DNA of 64,000 nt from an uncultured Candidatus Saccharibacteria bacterium. GTDB lineage: Bacteria > Patescibacteriota > Saccharimonadia > Saccharimonadales > CAYUUR01. A program made the position numbers and the translations under genes. The notes below the pieces were generated by a model. The model searched no databases. It was given only the letters and a program-made list of their open reading frames with translations, and was not told where the DNA came from. The DNA lies in contig CAZEBF010000001.1 of NCBI GenBank assembly GCA_964510235.1, forward strand, positions 13,001 through 77,000, written 5' to 3'. Shown piece after piece: positions 44,401-53,809 of the stretch; the stretch's first letter is position 1; each line of letters opens with the position of its first letter.

Positions 44401-45741
44401 TTGTTAATGAAGCAATCACAACAACGTGCGCGCAAACTTTACTGGCTGTTTGCAATCCTAGCCGTCATCACCATCGCCATCGTCTCGACCGCCTATGCGG
44501 CTATGCAAACTGCCCGTGATACACAAGCATCACTGATGCAACGCACTAACACTATTGCCGCGCTCATCCCTGCCAGCAGTTTAACAGAACTAAACGGTCA
44601 CGAAGGAGACATCGGTAGCCCCGCCTATGAAGCCCTCAAGCAGGACCTCAAAGACGTTCGGTCATCCAACCAAGACATCCGCTTTGTATACATCATGGCG
44701 CTCAAACAAGAACAAGCCTACTTTGTGATTGATGCCGAGGAACAAGACTCTGCAGACTATTCGCCACCCGGACAGTTGTATGAAGAAGATGCTGGTGAGG
44801 TCGCAGCGGTTTTCCAATCAAAGCAGGGCATTGTATTGCCGGTTACCAGTGACCGTTGGGGTTCTTGGCTCAGCGCATATAGTCCAATCTTGAATGAATC
44901 AGGCCAAGTGGTTGGCGTGCTTGGCCTTGATGTGCCTGCCAACGATTACTATCGGGCAATCGTCATGAATGCGCTCATTCCGTTCCTGCTTTCAGCAGTT
45001 ATTCTAGTACTGCTTCTCTGGACTAAACGCCGTAGTGAATACCAAGAAAACTACGTCAGTGAAAAAGCTTTCTTCTTATCGTTTGCCGGTCACGAAATCC
45101 GCTCGCCGCTCACCAGCGTTAAGTGGGCCCTGCAACCACTACTAACTACTCTGCCAGAGCACTCTACCGAGCAAAAAACTGTCGAGAAGATTGATGAGAG
45201 CCTGAGCCACATCCTCGATACTGTCGATGATGTGCTGTCACTGCAAGCCACCGAAAGCTCGCGTGACAAAAAGCTCGAAAAAGAAAACGTCCACATCAGC
45301 GAAGTTATCGATACAACCATCGACAGCCTACGCCTGTTCTCGGAAGAGCATCAAACAAAAATTACCAATGTAACCACGACGGAAGACCAAGAAATGATTG
45401 TTAGCGTTGATGCGATGCTCTTCAAGCGCGTGGTGTCTAACTTCTTGGTTAACTCTGTTAAGTACTCGCCGGACCACACAACTGTTGAGGTTAAAGTCTT
45501 CAGGACGCGCAAAGGCTGGGCGGCCAGCATTCACAACGAAGGTGACGGCTTAACACCAGATGAACAAGCCAAGATCATGAAAGGTTTTTACCGGACCAAA
45601 GCTGCCGAGAAATCTGGCCAAAAAGGAACTGGCCTCGGCGTACGCCTCTCTAGCGACATCATCAACCGCCACGGCGGCCACCTAGAAATCGACTCTAAGC
45701 CCAACCAAGGCGTCACCTTCATCATCCACATGCCCAACTAG
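44401..45741 (+). CDS. Sensor histidine kinase with a periplasmic Cache-like sensor.
   Basis: It has the H-box HEIRSPLTSV and the N, G1 and G2 boxes (GTGLGVRLSS...). It has two TM segments flanking an approximately 150-aa sensor. Confidence 0.8.
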   Translation: MLMKQSQQRARKLYWLFAILAVITIAIVSTAYAAMQTARDTQASLMQRTNTIAALIPASSLTELNGHEGDIGSPAYEALKQDLKDVRSSNQDIRFVYIMALKQEQAYFVIDAEEQDSADYSPPGQLYEEDAGEVAAVFQSKQGIVLPVTSDRWGSWLSAYSPILNESGQVVGVLGLDVPANDYYRAIVMNALIPFLLSAVILVLLLWTKRRSEYQENYVSEKAFFLSFAGHEIRSPLTSVKWALQPLLTTLPEHSTEQKTVEKIDESLSHILDTVDDVLSLQATESSRDKKLEKENVHISEVIDTTIDSLRLFSEEHQTKITNVTTTEDQEMIVSVDAMLFKRVVSNFLVNSVKYSPDHTTVEVKVFRTRKGWAASIHNEGDGLTPDEQAKIMKGFYRTKAAEKSGQKGTGLGVRLSSDIINRHGGHLEIDSKPNQGVTFIIHMPN

Positions 45742-45775
45742 TATTCATCGCTCACCTCTGTTATAATGGGCAACT

Positions 45776-46852
45776 ATGAGTTTATCAATTGGGATTGTGG
45801 GATTGCCGAATGTTGGCAAGAGTACCCTGTTTAATGCCCTGACCAACAACAATATTCTGGCAGCTAATTATCCGTTTGCGACGATCGAGCCTAATACGGG
45901 TATTGTGCCTGTACCTGATGAACGCCTGGGCAAACTAGCTGAGATGTATAAAAGCAAAAAGGTTATCCCAGCAAGCGTGACGTTTGTAGACATTGCAGGC
46001 CTTGTAGCTGGTGCATCCCAAGGTGAAGGACTCGGTAACCAGTTCTTGGCCAACATCCGATCATGTAACGCTATCATTCATGTAGTGCGAGCGTTTCAAG
46101 ATGATAATGTCATCCACGTTGATGAAAAGCACGATCCCATCAAAGATATTGAGGTTATCAACACAGAGCTTGTCCTAGCCGATCTGCAAACCGTAGAAAA
46201 ACGTCTGCCGCGTATTGATAAAGAAGCGCGGGCTAACCCCAAGCTCAAGCCAATCGCCGACACCATCAAGCGCGTACACGAGATTCTAAATGACGGTAAA
46301 CCTCTGTCGAGTGTCGATGATATTGAGCCAGAGCACATCGCCGACTTACAGCTCATTACCGCCAAACCAGTCATCTATTTGTTCAATGTTGATGAAGAAA
46401 CCCTGAGTGACGAAGCTCGCAAACAAGAATTGTCCAAACTTGTCTCCCCTGCACAGTGTGTCTTCGTTTGCGCCAAGCTAGAAAGCGAACTCAATGGCTT
46501 GGATGAAGCCGACAGAACAGAGATGCTGGAAAGCTATGGCGTCAAAGAATCAGGCCTGGTACAGCTCATTCATTCTGCATACACCACTCTTGGCTTGCAA
46601 AGCTACCTGACGGCTGGCGAGCAGGAAGTCCGCGCCTGGACTATCCCTAAAGGCGCGACTGCCCCGCAAGCTGCCGGTGTAATCCACGGCGACTTTGAAC
46701 GTGGCTTTATTGCGGCTCAAGTCTTTGACTACAACGACCTCATAGCCCACGGCTCAGAAACCGCTGCCAAGCAAGCTGGCAAAGTCCGCACCGAGGGCAA
46801 AGACTACATCATGCAACCCGACGACGTCGTCGAATTCCGCTTCAACGTGTAA
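45776..46852 (+). CDS. ychF: Ribosome-binding ATPase YchF (Obg family).
   Basis: GIVGLPNVGKSTLFNALT and the C-terminal TGS domain VRAWTIPKGATAPQAAGVIHGDFERGFI are near-collinear with E. coli YchF. Confidence 0.9.
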   Translation: MSLSIGIVGLPNVGKSTLFNALTNNNILAANYPFATIEPNTGIVPVPDERLGKLAEMYKSKKVIPASVTFVDIAGLVAGASQGEGLGNQFLANIRSCNAIIHVVRAFQDDNVIHVDEKHDPIKDIEVINTELVLADLQTVEKRLPRIDKEARANPKLKPIADTIKRVHEILNDGKPLSSVDDIEPEHIADLQLITAKPVIYLFNVDEETLSDEARKQELSKLVSPAQCVFVCAKLESELNGLDEADRTEMLESYGVKESGLVQLIHSAYTTLGLQSYLTAGEQEVRAWTIPKGATAPQAAGVIHGDFERGFIAAQVFDYNDLIAHGSETAAKQAGKVRTEGKDYIMQPDDVVEFRFNV

Positions 46853-46994
46853 GTAATGAGACCCCCACCCTGCTGCGGACTGGGAAGAGCAGCCGGCGTG
46901 ACGAATTTATTTCGGCACCCATCGCGAACGGGGCCCCCAAGAAATACATTTCTTGGGGTGTGGTGAGAAACCCAGAATGGGTGTCTCATATGCC

Positions 46995-48740
46995 TTATTT
47001 ATCCATGTAGTTGCTGATGCGGCGCGACAGGTCAGCAATTTGCGATGGGTTACCACCATAGGTGAAGATTGAAAGCACATAGGTGGATTTTGGGTGATAC
47101 ACAATACCGGCGTCGTGCCGGTAACCGCCCCAGTAACCCACTTTGTTAGCCACGCTACCGCGACTACCAGTCGGAATACCTTCGCGGTAAATCTGACGTG
47201 ACATATAGCCAAGCATTTGCTTGCGATGCGATGAGGCTAACAGCGTGCCACTCTGCAAACGTTGCAGATACCAAGCAGTATCCTGAGCAGTTGTCGTGAA
47301 AACAGCTGGATTAGGGTTGGAAGAACTAAAACCCTGGCCACCAGCAAAGGCGGCAACATTACCCCAGCCACGATTATTACCAATGTTATGGAAGCACGGG
47401 TTATTCGAGTAGACGATCAAAATCTCAAGGCAACCACTCAAAGGACGATCAGCGCCCAGCTTATCATTCATTGTCCACTTACCCTTGGCTACTCCATCAT
47501 ACAAATAGTGTTGCAAGTACAACTTAGCCATACTGGCAGCAATAAACTGCTCGGAACCGTTAATACTGGCGCTACGCCCCTTGCCACCAAGTTCACGAAT
47601 TACCACGCCGGCGCGGAGCCCGGTATCGTTTTGCCAATCTTGCAGTAGAATCTGCAGGCCTTTACTGTTCTCGGAGTACGTTCGGCTAAACTGAGATGCC
47701 GCACTTATCACCTGTGGTTTAACGACAATACTCTGCTGATCGCTTTGCAGCCCTTTCATGATTGTATCGAGTGCTTCTGGCTCGTTAATCTGCTGACCAT
47801 CACGCGCTTTTGTGGTCTTGACGGTCACACCATCGTGAACCCGAATCGTTGCTGCCACAGGAGCGACATACACTTTTGGTGCAATACGTGTGATGTAGCT
47901 AGCAATCGCTTTTTTGTTATAACTAGATGCCAGCACACCACGTTTTTTGTCATAACTGATGGCGATGAAGGACTTCAGCTCGGTCTGCGGAATTAAAAAC
48001 TTCTGATCATCAACTACCACATAGGTTGCTTGAGTTGTTTGGCGTCGAAGCTGCGTTATTGAAGTGCGAGCCTCCTCTGTAGTCACAGCCGGCTCTACAG
48101 TCACCACTGGTAGCTCGACCTGTGCCGTTGTGCCAGGCTGCGCACTCTTGAGCGTAGTAACTACCTGCTCTATGTCGTAGGTCGCTCCATTCTTAGAGGC
48201 ATCTTTCAGCTCATACTCGTCCTTTACCTTCTCGACTGTAGCATTAATAGCCGGCAATGTGTTTTCTTGCTGGATGCGCTTTGCTGTCTTTCGCAAGGCC
48301 TCTTCGTTATGACGCATCTGTACGACTGCACGATTGCTGCTGCGAAACAGACTGAATGGCGTGAGTCGTTCGCGCCAGCTGTAACGCATCAGGCTCGCAG
48401 TTGTAGCCTCTGTATCAACACTTGAGCCAAGGTCTGAGTAGCTCAATGTATAAGCTTTTGTGCGAGCCTGAAGTGTAACCGAGCGATTACCTAGATTATC
48501 AAAGGTCTGTTGAAGACGAGCAGTGCTCTGAGCCCCCACCGATACACCATTAACACTCAGTAATGGAGTAGTTACATTACGCGGATAGACCACCTGCACA
48601 GCGACAACAGCCAGCAAACCAACAGTTGCTCCAGCTACAACTTTTGCACCAATACGAACCGCTCGTTGCAGTTTAGTGCTCGAGCTTGGTGTAAAGTGAT
48701 AGGCCGATGACGGCGCTGACGTTGTAAATTGTGGAGGCAT
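46995..48740 (-). CDS. Membrane-anchored protein with a C-terminal class A beta-lactamase-like serine hydrolase domain.
   Basis: The N-terminal TM helix and an approximately 300-aa domain of unknown function are followed by SMAK (SxxK), SNN and KVG motifs. Confidence 0.5.
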   Translation of the reverse strand: MPPQFTTSAPSSAYHFTPSSSTKLQRAVRIGAKVVAGATVGLLAVVAVQVVYPRNVTTPLLSVNGVSVGAQSTARLQQTFDNLGNRSVTLQARTKAYTLSYSDLGSSVDTEATTASLMRYSWRERLTPFSLFRSSNRAVVQMRHNEEALRKTAKRIQQENTLPAINATVEKVKDEYELKDASKNGATYDIEQVVTTLKSAQPGTTAQVELPVVTVEPAVTTEEARTSITQLRRQTTQATYVVVDDQKFLIPQTELKSFIAISYDKKRGVLASSYNKKAIASYITRIAPKVYVAPVAATIRVHDGVTVKTTKARDGQQINEPEALDTIMKGLQSDQQSIVVKPQVISAASQFSRTYSENSKGLQILLQDWQNDTGLRAGVVIRELGGKGRSASINGSEQFIAASMAKLYLQHYLYDGVAKGKWTMNDKLGADRPLSGCLEILIVYSNNPCFHNIGNNRGWGNVAAFAGGQGFSSSNPNPAVFTTTAQDTAWYLQRLQSGTLLASSHRKQMLGYMSRQIYREGIPTGSRGSVANKVGYWGGYRHDAGIVYHPKSTYVLSIFTYGGNPSQIADLSRRISNYMDK

Positions 48741-48807
48741 ATTTGTTTTTGATTAACAGATATATTTATAGCAAATTACCGACGTTTTGTCAAGTATACC
48801 TACCCTG

Positions 48808-49464
48808 TTACTGCCATTGGAGAACGATGTTTTTGATAGTCTCGACGATTTGTTCATGAGACGGCATTTTGTTGTCATCATAGTAATGATCAATGTCCAT
48901 AAAGTTCTCGACAGTACTCAAACAAGCGATGTCATCGGCCAACAAGTGCATGCGGTCAACTGCTGATATGCTGGCAAGCGGTGTTGCCACAATGAGCTTT
49001 TCGAGTTTGTATGGCTTCAAAAATGCAGCTGCAGCATCAAGCGACACGCCACTACTCAAGCCATCTGAGACTAGAATAACGTTATGGTAGCGCAGTAGCT
49101 TTGGGTCAATAATTCCGCCTCCGCCCAACAGCCGGTTCATAGCATGTAGTTTTTCGAGTTTAGCTTGCTCAATATACTGATGGTACTCTGTTGTAAACTC
49201 TTCGAGCTGGCCAGTTGAATACATGCCGTTATAGGTGAAGATGCCACTTTGATCGATGCTAGCCAAAGCGTCGTTTTCGCCAGGTAGCTTAATCTGTTCT
49301 GTTAGAAGCATCATCATGACGCAGTGCAGTTGCGCTGCAATCTGCGCAGCAACCACCACGCCACCATCGCTAAGTGCCACTACCGCGCAGTTCTCGTACC
49401 GATACTTTGGTACCAGCTGAGCAGCTAGCTGTCGTCCGGCGTCTGAGCGGCTCTTATAATACAT
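48808..49464 (-). CDS. Phosphoribosyltransferase-fold protein with a degenerate PRPP motif.
   Basis: VILVSDGLSSGVSL resembles the type I PRTase loop. There is no Cys zinc finger, so ComFC is unlikely. Confidence 0.35.
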   Translation of the reverse strand: MYYKSRSDAGRQLAAQLVPKYRYENCAVVALSDGGVVVAAQIAAQLHCVMMMLLTEQIKLPGENDALASIDQSGIFTYNGMYSTGQLEEFTTEYHQYIEQAKLEKLHAMNRLLGGGGIIDPKLLRYHNVILVSDGLSSGVSLDAAAAFLKPYKLEKLIVATPLASISAVDRMHLLADDIACLSTVENFMDIDHYYDDNKMPSHEQIVETIKNIVLQWQ

Positions 49465-49637
49465 GTCCCTAGTCTACACTTTGGCGAGTGGTTTTAACAG
49501 ATAGAAGCGTTCGGTGCTTCCATCATGAGACAAACCTACGGTTTTTCTCACCCTGCCCCACAAATTGAGAAATTTGCGGGGACCCCTATCGCTCCGGGCA
49601 AAAAATGCGATTTTTGCTCGGGCTGCTCTTTTCCCTT

Positions 49638-50393
49638 TTAGCTCAGCTTCTTAAGTAGGTAGAAGCGTTCGGTGTTGCCTTTTGAACCCGAGACAGCACT
49701 GTCGGCTTTGTCGATGATAACGCAGTAGTTTTTTATCCACACTTCAAACTCCTTGAGAATCGTACGGCGCATTGACTCGTTTTTGATCACCCCTTTGTGT
49801 TTGAGCGCATCACCAGCCTCAAACTGGGGTTTTACCATCAGCGCAAGTACTGTTTCTTTGTGACTCAGCTTGATTGCGGTTGGCACTATCTCACGTAATG
49901 AAATAAACGACACATCAGCCAGGACAATATCTGGTTTTGGCTGTAAATCTTTAACGTCTCGTATGTCAGTTTGTTCACGTAAATCAATCCGCTCATCACC
50001 CCGCAAGCTTGGATGCAGCTGCTTGGTGCCGACATCGATAGCGTAGACTTTTTTGGCACCATGATGCAGCGCATACTGCGTAAAACCACCGGTAGACGAA
50101 CCGATATCCAAGACTACTTTGTCAGAAAAGTCGAGCTTGAACAGCTCGGCGACAGAGGCCAGTTTGAAGGCGGCCCGTGAAACATACTGTTCCTCGACAG
50201 TTACTTCAATGCGATCATGATCATCAACTTGTCGATGGGGCTTTTTAGCAATCTCGCTGTTCACCTTCACCTGACCAAGCTTAATATAACTTTCGGCCTG
50301 AGACCGTGACGTGACAAGCCCCCGTACCACCATCGCCTGATCAAGCCGTTGTTTCATAGGTTCATTATGCAGCAAGCTGACTCGTGAGGCCAA
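49638..50393 (-). CDS. tlyA: TlyA-family rRNA 2'-O-methyltransferase.
   Basis: It has an S4 domain and an FtsJ-like SAM-binding motif (IDVGSSTGGFT). The likely start is MKQRLDQ at about 50357. Confidence 0.75.
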   Translation of the reverse strand: MASRVSLLHNEPMKQRLDQAMVVRGLVTSRSQAESYIKLGQVKVNSEIAKKPHRQVDDHDRIEVTVEEQYVSRAAFKLASVAELFKLDFSDKVVLDIGSSTGGFTQYALHHGAKKVYAIDVGTKQLHPSLRGDERIDLREQTDIRDVKDLQPKPDIVLADVSFISLREIVPTAIKLSHKETVLALMVKPQFEAGDALKHKGVIKNESMRRTILKEFEVWIKNYCVIIDKADSAVSGSKGNTERFYLLKKLS

Positions 50394-51102
50394 TAATATC
50401 TTCGGTAGGAAGTTGTACTATATGAGAATAGGTGCAGCCTGCATCCTCGAGCCGTCTAACAGCCATTAAGCCAAGCACAGCCCCTGCTCCAAGGTGGAAC
50501 GAGTCTTGCCCGTCAAACCATGCCGAGTATATTTCATCGATTTCATCTGAATCCTGGGCATACCCTTGCTCGTAGAGGGCAGATTCTAGCACTGCATCAT
50601 CTAGCAAGTAGCCTAGCAAACGCTCCTCTATCTCTGGAGAAATCTCACCGCTATATTCTGCAGCATGGTAAGCTGCCTCGCGTGCATCAAAAAGCTCACC
50701 GGCCATGTGCGACTCTCCACGTGCCGCTATTCCTTCTGCCACAACTCTTTCAAGTAAATTGTTCTGAGGGGCGTGTTCTTCGCGAATTGTGTGAACAATC
50801 TCGTGGAAAGTAGTAAGTGCGATATCGCTAAAATAACGTCCGACTTTCTGGCGCTTAATGATCTGATGCGGAATATAAAGTTCAGCCTGTCGTGTGCCTT
50901 CTGCCGATCCAAGGCTACCATCCCAGTGACAACCAACTCGTCGCACTGTTACTGTTTTTGGCTCGTCGTAGCTCACGTCAAGATGTTCCAACATATCATG
51001 GGTTAGTTCAATTGCCCCACGAACCCACGGCTGTGTGGCCGTTCTGTATGGCTTCTTCCATTTGCCCCCACCCCATCGCATTTCGATAGGAGGCTGTTTC
51101 AT
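50365..51102 (-). CDS. Hypothetical protein with a zincin-like HExxH motif.
   Basis: It has a TFHEIVHTI motif and an acidic C-terminal half. Confidence 0.35.
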   Translation of the reverse strand: MKQPPIEMRWGGGKWKKPYRTATQPWVRGAIELTHDMLEHLDVSYDEPKTVTVRRVGCHWDGSLGSAEGTRQAELYIPHQIIKRQKVGRYFSDIALTTFHEIVHTIREEHAPQNNLLERVVAEGIAARGESHMAGELFDAREAAYHAAEYSGEISPEIEERLLGYLLDDAVLESALYEQGYAQDSDEIDEIYSAWFDGQDSFHLGAGAVLGLMAVRRLEDAGCTYSHIVQLPTEDIIGLTSQLAA

Positions 51103-51106
51103 AGTG

Positions 51107-51670
51107 CTATTTTACGCGTTCGCGGTAAGCTCCTGTGGTTGTATCAACGCTGATGAGATCGCCGGTTTTGACAAATGCGGGTACTTTAACAGTGATGCCG
51201 GTCTCAACCGTGGCGTCTTTCATGACTGAACTGGTGGTGTCACCTTTAACAACATCTTCTGCGTAGGTAACTTTGAGCGGCACATTTTTGGCTAGTTCGA
51301 TATTGATAACATGGCCATCAAACAGCTGCGCCTGTACGGTGTCGCCTTCTTTCATGTAACCCTTTTGGTCGGCCATGTCTTCAGCTGGCAGTTCAAATTG
51401 TTCGTAGGATTCATTGTCCATGAAGTAGAACTTGGCACCGTCGCTGTACAGGTATTGCACGTTTTTGTTCACTACGTCTGCTGGTTCAACTGCTTCGTTA
51501 CCCTTAAAAGTCTTATCCAATACGCGACCATCGAGCAAGCTCTTGATCTTGACGTTCACAATTGAACCGCCGCGACCCATCACCTTTTGTGAGTACTCAG
51601 TCACACGATATGGCACGCCATCCATCTGGAAGACGGTGCCTTTTTTTAGATCTGTTATTCCAAACGCCAT
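51107..51670 (-). CDS. efp: Elongation factor P.
   Basis: The KOW-like N-terminal domain and two OB domains match over the full length. Confidence 0.85.
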   Translation of the reverse strand: MAFGITDLKKGTVFQMDGVPYRVTEYSQKVMGRGGSIVNVKIKSLLDGRVLDKTFKGNEAVEPADVVNKNVQYLYSDGAKFYFMDNESYEQFELPAEDMADQKGYMKEGDTVQAQLFDGHVINIELAKNVPLKVTYAEDVVKGDTTSSVMKDATVETGITVKVPAFVKTGDLISVDTTTGAYRERVK

Positions 51671-52089
51671 TAGATTAGTCCCTTCTGTCTTGCAAGTTGT
51701 ATTACATTAATTGTACCTGGCGCTACATCATCTCTCTGCAATAGTTCATCGATACTATACACTTCGCTACCCTCGCCTTCATACACTTCAAAGTTTTCTC
51801 TATTTGTATCTGCTACAAAAAGTGTGTATTCTTTTTCTTTATTTGTACCTCTTGGGTCAAACTTAACTGTAAGTAGTTTTTTGAAGTCTCCGTGTTTGAG
51901 ATCTAAGGATGTCTCTTCACTGATTTCTCGAACTATTGCGTCATGCGAAGTCTCATCTGCTTCGATATGTCCACCAAAAAAGCTTAACAGCCCGGGTGAC
52001 ACTGGCGCATCGTTTGTCCTACGCTGAAGAGCACACGTGCCATCAGGTAAACGTAAGTATGCGAAGGCAATATTGTTTGTATCAGCCAT
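51670..52089 (-). CDS. NUDIX hydrolase.
   Basis: It has the Nudix box GGHIEADETSHDAIVREISEETSL. Confidence 0.75.
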   Translation of the reverse strand: MADTNNIAFAYLRLPDGTCALQRRTNDAPVSPGLLSFFGGHIEADETSHDAIVREISEETSLDLKHGDFKKLLTVKFDPRGTNKEKEYTLFVADTNRENFEVYEGEGSEVYSIDELLQRDDVAPGTINVIQLARQKGLI

Positions 52090-52756
52090 CTAGATCCTGT
52101 ACTTCCTCAGCTTCTTCTGGTGTTAGTCCTTCAGCAGTTAGCGGCGGCACGACTATGCCTTGCTCTGCAGCGAGTCTTACTGCCTTGTCAGCTAAAGGAT
52201 CAACGATGCTTTCCCATGCACTATATGCAAATAGTTCAAGTACAGTAAGGTCAGAGAAGCTAAGGTTGTCGTAACCACGCCTTATATCTTCGGTTGGCGC
52301 GTTCTCTTGCAGACTTGCCTTGATCCTTGCTGCAAGAGCGGCCTGATTAACCCCCGCCCGGTCAATGGCTCTAAATGGCATCTCGTCTTCATCTAGGCAA
52401 GATTCGTACCCAAACATAACAGCCAGTACAGCCGACAAGTCTTTCATAGCGCCAACGAGCTCGTCAGCCTGACCATCGATGTCAGCAGTCCGCACTAGAT
52501 ACATCCTTGAATATCTTTCAAGGTTCTCAGTCCAGCCTTCGATATTACTATCGCTCGCCCCATCTGCCGAGGTACGCTGATAAGCCTCAAGAAATCTAAA
52601 CGTAACGCCTGTTATTTCCTCGTTTTTACGTGTTTGCTGTCGCTCCACAACAAACTGATCAAGTGCACCGAGTGCAACTTGCGCGGTTTGCTCATCAAGA
52701 CCACTAAACACCTGCTGGAGATCCTCACGCGTAAAGGTTTCTGGGCGTTCTGCCAT
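52082..52756 (-). CDS. Hypothetical acidic protein.
   Basis: 224-aa ORF that overlaps the start of the NUDIX gene by 8 nt. Confidence 0.4.
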   Translation of the reverse strand: MAERPETFTREDLQQVFSGLDEQTAQVALGALDQFVVERQQTRKNEEITGVTFRFLEAYQRTSADGASDSNIEGWTENLERYSRMYLVRTADIDGQADELVGAMKDLSAVLAVMFGYESCLDEDEMPFRAIDRAGVNQAALAARIKASLQENAPTEDIRRGYDNLSFSDLTVLELFAYSAWESIVDPLADKAVRLAAEQGIVVPPLTAEGLTPEEAEEVQDLDG

Positions 52757-52768
52757 AAAAAGTACTCC

Positions 52769-53005
52769 TTAGTTATGTGCGACGAATGGAAGCATTGCAA
52801 GGTGGCGGGCACGCTTGATTGCGACGCTCAGGTGACGCTGTTGGCTTTCGCTCAAACCAGTTTTCTTACGTGATTCGATCTGGCCATAGCCGTTTACGTA
52901 GCGCTGCAAGGTCTTAAAATCCTTGTAGTCAAAGTATGCTACTTCACTTTTGTGCTTAAAAATCTTTGCCATAATTTCTCTCCTTTCAGTCGAGAATAGG
53001 GACAA
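52769..53005 (-). CDS. rpsR: 30S ribosomal protein S18.
   Basis: It has [13 protein letters not shown]...[13 protein letters not shown]. The likely start is MAKIFKHK at about 52972. Confidence 0.85.
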   Translation of the reverse strand: MSLFSTERREIMAKIFKHKSEVAYFDYKDFKTLQRYVNGYGQIESRKKTGLSESQQRHLSVAIKRARHLAMLPFVAHN

Positions 53006-53072
53006 GGGTTGAGGGCTAAGGGTCTAGTGTATTGTTTCTATCCCCTTGGACCTATATCCTTTACCCTAGTTG

Positions 53073-53555
53073 TTAAAATGGGATGTCGTCGAGGTTAATT
53101 GGTTCATCGCCGATGTCTTCGATGACGACGTCATCTTTTTTCTTGGCCGCTGGTTTGCTGGCTGGCGCAGAAGAAGAACTTCCGCCCTCGTAGCTGCTAC
53201 CGCCGCCGCTATCGCCACCTTCGCTGCGTCCACCAAGGAATGTTACGTCCTGGGCGTTCACTTCTACCTTGTTGCGCTTCTGGCCGTCTTGCTCCCATGA
53301 TCGAGATTGCAAACGTCCATTAACGAGACAAGGACGACCCTTGCTCAAGTACTGTGCCACACGCTCACCGAGCGGGCCCCAGGCTACAACATCGATGTAA
53401 TCAGTTGCTTCTTGCCAGTTACCATCCGCACCTTTGAAACTGCGATTAAGCGCGAGACTAAAGTTACAGACACTCTGGCCGTTTGGCGTTTGGCGCACTT
53501 CTGGGTCTCGAGTGAGATTACCCATCAAAATTACTTGGTTAAATGATCGAGCCAT
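53073..53555 (-). CDS. ssb: Single-stranded DNA-binding protein.
   Basis: It has an OB fold (ILMGNLTRDPEVR), a Gly-rich linker and the C-terminal DDIPF tail. Confidence 0.9.
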   Translation of the reverse strand: MARSFNQVILMGNLTRDPEVRQTPNGQSVCNFSLALNRSFKGADGNWQEATDYIDVVAWGPLGERVAQYLSKGRPCLVNGRLQSRSWEQDGQKRNKVEVNAQDVTFLGGRSEGGDSGGGSSYEGGSSSSAPASKPAAKKKDDVVIEDIGDEPINLDDIPF

Positions 53556-53809
53556 TATTTATTCCTCCTATAAGAACTATGTCTTCAGAACCATGCATCG
53601 GTCAGTTACTTTCTAGCAAAGCTAGAAACTCTCTGCCCTCTTGGCTGATTTCTGGCTTAGAAGCTCCGGTACTCATTCACTGTACTATTAGTACGGTTCA
53701 CTGCGGTTCCTCGCTCCTGCACCAAAACTCAGCTCAAGTGCATGAATTCTGTATGATTTGTTAATTGTACTTATACCCTACCCCCGAGCCGTAGCCCGGT
53801 CAAGCGAAA

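Noticed and set aside
48808-49464. ComFC competence protein assignment for the PRTase-fold gene
   Set aside because: There is no N-terminal four-Cys zinc finger and the PRPP loop is degenerate. Only the generic PRTase fold is supportable.
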